Source: Eledone cirrhosa
Lineage: Eukaryota
Direction: 5' to 3'
Assembly (NCBI GenBank): GCA_964016885.1
Contig: OZ024742.1
Coordinates: 5,394,001-5,458,000, forward strand
DNA: 64,000 nt
In this document: in pieces, positions 54,290 through 64,000 of the stretch
Layout: each line of letters opens with the position of its first letter
Position numbering within the stretch: the first letter of the stretch is position 1
Notes under the pieces: model-generated
What the model was told of the DNA's origin: nothing
What the model saw: the letters and a program-made list of their open reading frames with translations, nothing else
Database searches by the model: none
Position numbers and translations under genes: made by a program

Positions 54290-55500
54290 GACATTCTGTT
54301 CATACAAAAGGATAGACTCTATGGGAGTCTATCTATCCATTCTCATGAAGGACCAGGACACGGCAAAACAACTTTCGGTAAAACCTATTACATCCACCGC
54401 ATACACCTTCTACCCTACGTACATGGGTAGAATGACGCAGAAAATAAAAATACACGCCATTATTCCAATTATGGACACATGGTGGGTGTTAACAGGTTTT
54501 CTTGACCTGAACGATGACATATTAATATCCATGGGAAAGGCATCGGGTGACGCGTTTAGTGGAACGGGCCTCAAACTTTTAGTTCAAATGAGGTCCGAAA
54601 GGATCGCCTAGATCGCTGAACGCGTCATTCTGGATGACCAAACTTTTATAAACATTACCGTTGAGGGTAGGCGGCCCTCGTGTTACCTCTGTGGAACTAG
54701 AGGTCACCTGAGGGCTGTTTGTCCTCAACTTAAAAAGAACACTCCAATTCTGCCCACACCACCAACAACTACACAACCAACACAATCACCACCACCACCA
54801 CTACAAAAACAACAACCACAAGTTAACACAAAACAAAACACTGTCCAACCCATCCCCCCACTCATAAAAAAATTTCAAAAACACCCGCACCGCAAACACT
54901 ACCCGAAAATTTACCCCTCCCCTCCAACACGGAAGACGACCCCGTTCGTTGTCAGACGAGGGGTAACATTTCCAAAAAGTTAAAAGAAAGAAAAGAAAAC
55001 ACACCTCAGACACACAAATAAAAACAACCCCTCCCCAAAACATAACACAGACATCAACACAAAAGAACACACAACAACAGCAAACAAAAAACACCACACA
55101 AAAACAAAAATATGCATACATAAACACAAGAAACAAAAAACTGTTGAACATTATTTATAATAACAATTTGGTAAAAACCGAAGGGCCTAACTTCACCCAG
55201 GCAGGGGATTTCCCCCACCTCAAAATGATAAAAGTCCCAGGGGACATATACAAAACTTTAAAGGACAATTTTAAAGAGGACGTGGGGCCCCCACCCCCCT
55301 GCGTCGGACCCATTAACCGCCTCCTCCTAAAAATGTCCCCACCCCCTCCCCAAACACTCACACAACTCCAAACACCCCAGCCCCACCACACACTGATGCC
55401 CCCACTCTACCACAAACCTCCACCCCACCCAACAACCCCTCCCCCACACCCATGGAAATTGTGCGACCTGGTCCCCGGGACGCAGAGAGGTAGGTGCCTC
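54290..55500 (+). pseudogene. L1/Tx1-like ORF1 remnant with CCHC knuckle
   Basis: VEGRRPSCYLCGTRGHLRAVCP at about 54660-54725, followed by an A-rich low-complexity linker. Confidence 0.7.
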
Positions 55501-55520
55501 CTTTTTCTCTTTACCACCAA

Positions 55521-58500
55521 CATGGCTGTATTGAGAGTGGCTTGTCTAAATGCGCGTGGCAAAACTTCTAAATGACCTCAGGTCACGCTGTATAAATGTG
55601 ATGGTCATTTGCGAGGACAGGATCAGCAGCGTGCGACAGCTGGCCCCCACCTTTGATGATTTTGAGATGCACGCATCTCTCTGTCAACCCGGAGGTGGGG
55701 GTGGGGTTGTCGTTCTGCTGCAAAAACATCTGGGTCTCGCTACACAGACGGTACACTTGGACCCGGAGGGTCGACTAGTGGTTCTTGACATTGGCAGTGG
55801 TGAAGGCGGAGCTTTTAGGCTGGTCGCCGTCTACGGCCCTTTTGGGTCAACGCGGCCGGACTTCTTCCATCGTCTGGAGACTTTTCTATGGACGTCCCGC
55901 TCCTTGCTTTTAGTGGGGGACTGGAATGGTATCCTAGATGCATGTTGGGACTATGTAGGGGCATGTCCTGATAGAGGGGTTGTAACAGCCTCAAGGGATT
56001 AATCGGCCGATTCGACCTGGCCGATAGATATCGACTAGATTTTCCGACTGTGCCAATCTCGACTTGGAGAAACCACAGCGGTCAATCTATATCGTACCTA
56101 GATAGGTTCTTAGTTAGAAATAAGGATAAGGACTTTTTAAGTTGTCCAAAAATGCTCATGGTTGGCTATTCAGACCACAAGTTAGTGACCTCCATGGTCA
56201 ACCTTGATAGAACGCATAGACAGGGACCCGGTTATTGGAAGCTCAACTTGTCCTTACCGGCAAGTAAAGCTTACAGGAACCGGATTAGTACATTAGTTAA
56301 GGAGTGGTTGACGGGCGCCATCGTCAACAGCAGGTGGTGGGGCTCTCTCAAAAGAGAGATTAGAGTAGCTACAATAGGAGTTAGTAAGGAGTTAGCCTCA
56401 GATAGAAATAGGAAGGAAAAGGGAGTTGGTAGATAGTGCAGAAGAAGCAATTAGAAGCGGCGACGTAGCCAGAGTACTAGCGTCGAGAACGGCCTTGGGC
56501 CAATTCTTCGACGCGAAACACGAAGGCTACGTTGTCCGAAGCAAAATACGTGCTCCGTGCTCTGGGAAACGAGGGGACCAAAGCTGTTAGCTGGGCCCGC
56601 GCGACAGAAGCCAAAACTGGGACTAGATCCACTATCCGGTCTTTGCGAGACCAGGATGGACGGGTGATCCTTGAACCTAAGCAGATGTGTGAGGCCTTTC
56701 AAAGGCACTTTGCCCGATTGTTCGGAAGGGACGAGGGGCCGGATGGAGATGTGGACTTCGGTCCATATCTCGACGGCCTACCGCGTCTTTCGGACGAGGA
56801 GGCGAAGTCCTGCGAGAGGCCGATCTCAGCTGCTGAAATAGGGGACGTGCTGAGCCAATGCGGCAGACGCAAATCTCCGGGCCTCGATGGTCTTCCATAC
56901 GAACTGTATTTAAGTATGCCGGACTTGTTCTTCGATCTCCTTGAAGCGGTCTACTGCAAATGGCAACAGAACGGGAGAATTCCCTGTTCTGTGACCAAGG
57001 GCGTAGTCTCGCTAATGAGGAAGGGCGAGAACAAGGGGGATGAAATAAGTAATTTTAGGCCCATAACATTGCTAAATGCAGAGTTAAAGATTTTGGCCAG
57101 GTGTTAGCAAAGAGGTTGGCACTTGTCGTGGGCAACCTGGTGGGAGATGCGCAGACATGCGCAGTAATGCGCCATCCCGTCCAGGTCCATTCACGACAAC
57201 CTCCATCTCATGCGATACATCATAGAGAGGGTTGGGAACGAACACGGCTTTGGTGGGGCCCTGATCAACTTGGATCAATCTAAGGCGTTCGATAGGGTCG
57301 ACCATCGTTACCTGGATGCGGTGCTAGTGGCGGCAGGTTTCGGACCCGTTTTCAGGGGCTGGATCACTGCCATACATAGCAGCCGCATCTGCTCTAGGGT
57401 CAAGGTGAACGGCTACCTCTTGGAGCCATTCGAAATCGCGCGGTCCATCCGACAGGGATGCCCTCTCTCTTCCCTTCTGTATGTATTTACCCTAGAGCCA
57501 CTGCTGCGGAAGTTGGAGTTGTTACAGGGCATCCCTTTGGAATCGGGATTGCGGAAAGCGGTGTCGGCCTACGCCGATGACGTGACAGCAATGGTGTCAA
57601 CCGCCTCGGAAATCGGAGTGATCGGCACCTTACTGGAGGAATACGAAACGTTTACAGGGGCTAAGCTGAACCGGGATAAGTCAGTCGGTTTGCAACTCGG
57701 CGAATGGAGGGGCAAACCGATGGCCTCCAACGGCGTCGTCCGACGTTGGACGGAGGGCCCGGTGAAGTTGCTCGGGGTCTGGTTCGGGCCAGACCTCCAG
57801 GTGGAGAAGAACTGGGGTGAGGTATCGAACAGGGTGTTTGCGCTGACGCGGAAGTGGGCTGTGTGCAAACTATCCCTGAAAGGTCGGGCGGAGGTGGCGA
57901 ACGCTTATATAGCATCCGTCATCTATTACCGCCTGACCGTCGTGCCTTGCCCAAGGGAAACGCTCACCAAAATGGAGCGCGCACTCTTCCAATTCCTTTG
58001 GATGAAGCGGGTTCCTTTGGTGAGGAGGTCCATCTGTTGTCAACACCCTTCGAAAGGAGGGCTGGGGATGCCGTGGCTGCTGATGCGTAATCAAGCATTA
58101 AAGCTACGGCACCTCCAAGTATTCCTCCCCGGTCAACTGGTGTGGGCCCCGTTTGTGAGGCGAGACTTTTCGAGACTCGTCTCGCTCACCTAGCTGCAGT
58201 CCTGGGTCAAGCAAAGACCGAGAAAACTGGGCGCCTGGCACACCGAGTGTGCTCAGGCTCTCACGGCTCTCTGGCAGGTGGACCCGACTATCGGTGGCGA
58301 CTCCACCTCGTCATTCTATAGAGGGCTGGTGGTTAGTAGGTGCGACGACGCCCTCGGACATGCCCTAGGCATGGAGGAAGACGAACTGTCCAGCCTATTC
58401 GGGAGGACATTTGGCCCGGGACCTATGGACAACTTCCAGAAGTCCCTGGCCTGGCAGTGCTACCGAGGGGCGCTGCCCGTTCGAGAAAAGCTCTACAGAC

Positions 58501-58936
58501 ACGGGCGCCCGGGTAGAGACCCCTCGAAAAAAATCTGTCCCAGATGCGTGCGCGACGAGGAAACCGCACGCATTGGTACACTGCTCGGGCGTTGCCGATC
58601 TGTGGGGCTATGTCGAACGACTGCTGTCACGGGTGGGACCAATCCGGTTGACCACTGAGTCCATTGTAACGATCAAGCCTTCAAAAATGAAGGAGAGGCG
58701 GTCTTCCTCTGTGTAGTAGCCATGGTGAAAGAGGTGATATGGTGGACACGTTTGAAAGGGCTGAGGTCGGACACCTTTCTCTTCGGCCAACAACTGGTCC
58801 TTTTCTTTAAATACCATTTTAAGAGAAGGATCAGAATGGAGAGAGAGGTGCTCTACCCCAGCAAGTTTTATGAAAGGTGGGTGAAAGTAGCGAGAATGAC
58901 CCGTGTGTATTGGCCTTCTCTCTTTATCAGCCTGTA
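55521..58936 (+). pseudogene. L1/Tx1-clade ORF2 (APE endonuclease + RT), multiply frameshifted
   Basis: ACLNARG, GDWN, YLDRF, SDH, WKLN, KSPGLDGLP, FRPITLLN, DQSKAFDRV, QGCPLS, YADD, GGLG, CPRC..H..C motifs across several ORFs. Confidence 0.9.
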
Positions 58937-59312
58937 GGGGGAAAGGTGAAAGTGCAAAGGAGCACCCCTCTCTGTGCTCCTAAGGAAAAGGGTTGCATAC
59001 TTTTTCGGGGGGGGGGGGTGTAACCCCAAAACGCCTCCTCCCTATTAAGTACTGTATTGTTAATTTTATATTTGTTATTTGTTCTTTACTCGTTCCTTTA
59101 TGTAAACTTCCCCCTTGTATTTGTCCCCTTTTTTGTGCCCTCGTGGCAAATAAATAGAAACTTATCTATATACATACATATATGTATGTTTGTATATATG
59201 CATGTATGTATGTATGTATGTATGTATGTATGTATATATGCATGTATGTATGTATGTATGTATGTATGTATGTATGTATGTATGTATGTATGTATGTATG
59301 TATGTATGTTTG

Positions 59313-59344
<32 letters not shown>

Positions 59345-59729
59345 TGTATGTATGTATGTATGTATGTATGTATGCGTATGTATGTATATGCTCGTATTCT
59401 GTGTTTACCGTCGTCTTCATGCCACGCAACACAGCAGTTTAACAAAAACGAGATCAATAAAATAAGTACATGACTGGAAACAATTAGTTATGAATGTCAT
59501 TAATAGGATGCCCCAGCATGGCCGTTATCTCATTACTAAAATCAGTAAAATAACAGAGCAGGTGTTGCTTCGTTCTATTCTTAATAGATGTTGGAACATA
59601 TGAATTTACATTAAAATATCATTAATAGGAAATATATTATTTGCATAAATATATAGACGCACATTCACGCATATATATATATATATATCGTAATAATAAT
59701 AAATTCTTTGCTTAAACTTTAATCTGTTA

Positions 59730-59778
<49 letters not shown>

Positions 59779-59829
59779 ATTAAGTCAAATATGTAAAATT
59801 TGGCTTCGTTTATTATAAATTATAGATAT

Positions 59830-59884
59830 ACTGCTATATATATTTCGGTGACAGCCATCATTGGCTATGACCTCTTCAGGCAGT
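59830..59884 (-). ncRNA. Type-I hammerhead ribozyme (relative of the 12539 family)
   Basis: Minus strand: actgc CTGAAGA ggtcatagcca-atga-tggctgtcacc GAAA tatata TA gcagt. Confidence 0.85.
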
Positions 59885-59967
59885 CCGAACTGGTGTGGAA
59901 AAGACAGGTACACATGTTGTTGAAGTGTGTTATACTCCGTCAATACATAGATATGTCCAGCTCCTGG

Positions 59968-60042
59968 TTATGTTGTCATTTCTCTGAGGAACTGGAATCA
60001 TATATGATATGATTCCAGTTCCTCAGAGAAATGACAACATAA
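59968..60042. repeat. Perfect 36-bp-arm hairpin
   Basis: ttatgttgtcatttctctgaggaactggaatcatat followed by its reverse complement. Confidence 0.85.
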
Positions 60043-60559
60043 GATGCTGAGGTTACATATATCGTTTAATCATAATAATTATTTCCACGGTTCTCCATAC
60101 AATCGAGATGTCCTTCATGCATTTGCTGTTGATTATGAGAACGGTACCCTCAGATGAAAATCGATATGTTTGATATGTCGCTGGCAGGAAAAAACACACG
60201 TCCTAATGCCTGTGTGCCCAGCAGACATATGAGTTCCTTGAAGGGTTTGCCAGCCGTCGTGTTTGTTAGAAAAAGCTATCAACGAAAAAGACGAAAAGAA
60301 CAAAGAACTGTGTGCAGCCCAAACCAAGTAGAGAGTGGAAGCAATAAATTGAGTTCTGAAGGAGGGTGGGGGTATATATTTTGTTGACAACCACCTATAG
60401 ATAACAACTACATCAACAACAACAATGACAACAACAATAACGACAATAAGATCAAACCGCCGACCAATGGTGTCCACACTGGTCGCAATAGTCGTGTTTA
60501 TACAACCACCCTATTGACAACAACAACTAAAGCAACAGCTACAGTAAACACTTACAACG

Positions 60560-60635
<76 letters not shown>

Positions 60636-60654
60636 ATATTAATATTATTGAGCA

Positions 60655-60777
60655 CCCACTGAAGAATTATAAGAGCCCACTTGAATAAGTATCTGTTGAT
60701 CTTATACAAGCTTCTACATAACTTGATATAATTTCACCCAACTTGTAGAAATCTTATAATGAAATGAGTCGTCTGGG
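60655..60777 (+). ncRNA. Hammerhead ribozyme with about 95-nt stem II
   Basis: ccca CTGAAGA attataaga...tcttataat GAAA tgagtcg TC tggg. Confidence 0.8.
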
Positions 60778-61038
60778 AAGTGATATATTTGATATATCTC
60801 ATGAAATTATACAGCCAATTTTCCACACAATACAATTAGTTAGCACCCCGAACGTTTAATTGGGAATATACTCAGGTATTTCCTAATGTTTGTTGAGTGA
60901 GTTGGAAGTTGGAATTTGGCCAGAGTATCGCTATTAGCTTTCTCCGATTATGTATATATATATTAGGGTAAACATTGATGCAATTCAATTCAAGCACTCA
61001 ACGTACTTTTTCCACATAGGAGTGACGGAGTAAATATC

Positions 61039-62581
61039 GAATAAGGAAAAGCGAAGTAGTTTCAGATGTTCAAGTCCTTTAATAATAATGCTGTGATATA
61101 TATTTCAGTGACGACACTGGCTACACTGTTCTGTACGCGAGTGTCGTGTCATCATCAGACAGCTTGTTACATAATAAAGTTGTTTCCGAGGCAATCCAAA
61201 TTGGATCGACAAGGGAACGGATGAATTGCGTGTTCTTGGGTTTTTCACCCCCACCGGCCTGCGCAAGCGCCTGTCCGAAGGAAGTTGACCATTCGCCACC
61301 GCAGACTTCAACGAAATTTGCTTAGTCAGTTCACCCTGTCATCCAAAACAATGGCCCACCAATGCCTGTACCATATTTTACTGCTACCCATCACGGCTGT
61401 GGCAGTCAGCCGAGAGCCAGAGGGGATGGGAGAGTGTTAGATTTTACAGGTCATAATACTACCCCTCACTAAGCGTTGACGGTACGACTGACCATCACCT
61501 TATTAGGGAAAATAAACTTATTCTAGGTATCATGGTTTTACGTTGGAAGTTAAGAGTGAGAGTTGGAAATAAAAATTAAAATCCTAAATCAAATATCAGA
61601 AATTATAAATTAAACAATTAAGAAATTAACAATTAGAAATTAAAGAATTAAAAAAAGAATTAAAAAAATTCTTTTCAGGTGATAATTCGGATTGAGGTGA
61701 GTAAAACTATAGACTGAAGTGAGTAAATAATATGGAGAGAGGTGTTTAAGTAATATGTTCTGAGAGGGATTCTAGTGTCACAGTTACTCTATCCACATAT
61801 TGAACGACGGTGTCGTACATTATAACTACATGGCTCCAGGCATTAGTGAATCTGGTACACAGTCCTAATTTCCATCACACCTCTCTCCATATTATTTACT
61901 CACTTCAGTCTATAGTTTTACTCACCTCAATCCGAATTATCACCTGAAAAGAATTTTTTTAATTCTTTAATTTCTAATTGTTAATTTCTTAATTGTTTAA
62001 TTTATAATTTCTGATATTTGATTTAGGATTTTAATTTTTATTTCCAACTCTCACTCTTAACTTCCAACGTAAAACCATGATACCTAGAATAAGTTTATTT
62101 TCCCTAATAAGGTGATGGTCAGTCGTGCCGGCAACGCTTAGTGAGGGCTAGTATTATGACCTGTAAAATCTAACACTCTCCCATCCCCTCTGGCTCTCGG
62201 CTGACTGCCACAGCCGTGATGGGTAGCAGTAAAGTATGGTACAGGTTTTGGATGACAGGGTGAACTGACTAAGCAAATTTCATTGAAGTCTGCGGTGGCG
62301 AATGGTCAACTTCCTTCGGACAGGCGCTTGCGCAGGCCGGTGGGGGTGAATTGGTACTCACAAGGGAGCGGATGAAAAACCCAAGAACACGCAATTCATC
62401 CGTTCCCTTGTCGATCCAATTTGGATTGCCTCGGAAACATAACCTTATTATGTAACAAGCTGTCTGATGATGACACGACACTCGCACACAGAACAGTGTG
62501 GTCAGTGTCGTCACTGAAATATATATCACAGCATTATTATTAAAGGACTTGAACATCTGAAACTACTTCGCTTTTCCTTAT

Positions 62582-62583
<2 letters not shown>
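61039..62583. mobile_element. Large fold-back pLTR element (about 705-bp arms 61039-61745 / 61877-62583)
   Basis: Reverse-complement arms with a few indels; about 130-bp spacer; one HHR in each arm. Confidence 0.85.
62459..62532 (+). ncRNA. Hammerhead ribozyme (mirror copy at 61090-61163, minus strand)
   Basis: gctgt CTGATGA tgac-acgacact...agtgtcgt-cact GAAA tatata TC acagc. Confidence 0.8.
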
Positions 62584-62615
<32 letters not shown>

Positions 62616-62874
62616 GTTAAAAGAATAGAGGTGTAACACACAAGTTATTATATGTTGGTAAACGGAATAGAAAATGCTGACAAATTGTTCACAGTTGAAA
62701 AATGGTTTAATTAGGAATAAAAGAGTATTAGTGATTGTATGGGTTAGTATTCAGTTGTGGTTTTAAGTTTTTAAGTTTTTACCGGTTGCGCATTTCTAAA
62801 TGCTTTTCAAAAATAATTTTGAGATAGAGTGTCCGTGTTGTTTGCTCTGATCTGATTAGTTTTGGGAATTCTAC

Positions 62875-63120
62875 CTGTTTTTATGTTAAAAAAGTGGCTC
62901 CAGCGTTACTTTGGTGTTGCAAAAATTCTTGTGGTCAAAACAATTTTGATTGGTCGGTAGAGGTCATGTGAATGTAAAAAATTGATTTTGCGCCAAGACT
63001 GTTTTTATGTTAAAAAAGTGGCTCCAGCACTGTTTGGTGTTTGCAAAAATTCTTGTGGTCAAAACAATTTTGATTGGTCGGTAGAGGTCATGTGAATAAA
63101 AAATTGGTTTTGCGCCAAGA
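62875..63120. repeat. Tandem duplication of about 123 bp in PLE 3' UTR/pLTR
   Basis: tgtttttatgttaaaaaagtggctccagc...gcgccaaga occurs twice. Confidence 0.85.
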
Positions 63121-63231
63121 TTGAGAAATGACTCTTTCACAACAAATATGTGTGTGTGTGTGTAGTAGTAGTAAGGTGTTCGATGTTGTGATAATGGTTA
63201 GCAGGGATGTGTGTCAAATGGCTATTAAGAT

Positions 63232-63274
<43 letters not shown>

Positions 63275-63596
63275 GCAGAGTAATTCGTGGTAGCAGGGAT
63301 AGTCAGTAAGCATGTCAAAAGATATTTTTCAGCTTTTGTCTTATACGGAGAAGTGCGTGTGTGTGTGTGTGTGTGTGTATAAGTCTCTTTGTATGTTAAT
63401 GTACGCGTGTGTATGTGTGTGTGTATATGTGTGTGTGTGTGTTTGTGTGGGTGGACCAGTATTTTTTCCCCCTGGTAAAATGGTGTACATTATTCGATTT
63501 TTTCAGTAAAATCGGTTCTCTTAATAGAACATCAAAAATCTTAACAATAAAAGGTGTGAAATGGTATTCACTACATATATATACACACACATATAT

Positions 63597-63638
<42 letters not shown>

Positions 63639-63768
63639 TATACACATATATTTTTCTGTGTTGCACCATAGAGCATGTGTGTTTACGTATGTCATTGTGT
63701 TTATATGTGGGTGGAGATGTGTGCTGATGTAGGTATGTATGTTAACGTGTGTATGTTGTGGGTTCGTC

Positions 63769-64000
63769 TTAGGGAGAAGTGTTTAGACAGGGTCCGTATT
63801 TGTTAATGAAGTAAGATTCCTTGCTGATGCGCTGGGTGTGGGTGGCATTATCTTTAAATTTGTAGAGGGGAAAGATTCTGAAGTTGGGATGATTTTGGGC
63901 GGCACAAGTATCAATGTGTTCACTCAGTGGTATTTTCCTGTATTCCTGTATTTTAATTTGGGATCTATGGACAGTCATGCGTTGGCGGAGGCTGTTTTTG
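63769..64000 (-). pseudogene. Naiad-like PLE GIY-YIG C-terminus (continues off the window edge)
   Basis: RMTVHRSQI..PLSEHIDTC..FPLYK..KESYFINKYGPCLN, homologous to ORF 126-416. Confidence 0.85.

Overview
AT-rich, microsatellite-saturated animal DNA with no recognisable host gene. The SINE and LINE tails suggest an octopus/cephalopod genome (inference). The window is a nest of transposable elements: (1) many Penelope-like elements (PLEs), including Hydra-type RT+GIY-YIG copies with a CxCx5C linker, Naiad-like and Neptune-like GIY-YIG 3' ends, and numerous solo or fold-back pLTRs, mostly bounded by (TA)n; (2) a near-complete CsRn1-like Gypsy LTR element with intact pol and a GGGAAAC -1 frameshift signal; (3) RTE, Tx1/L1, CRE-like and R4/Dong-like non-LTR fragments; (4) bipartite non-autonomous RTE derivatives in (TGTA)n; (5) non-autonomous Helitrons, a hAT/Buster remnant and tRNA-derived SINEs. 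The most striking signal, read by eye, is about 22 type-I hammerhead ribozyme (HHR) motifs from roughly 16 sequence families. They include a recurrent CCGANGA (U4C) core in three unrelated families, a U3-A8 covariant core, 45-95 nt stem II expansions and family-specific palindromic stem III. One fold-back copy begins at its HHR cleavage site. All folds and family assignments are manual and need computational confirmation.
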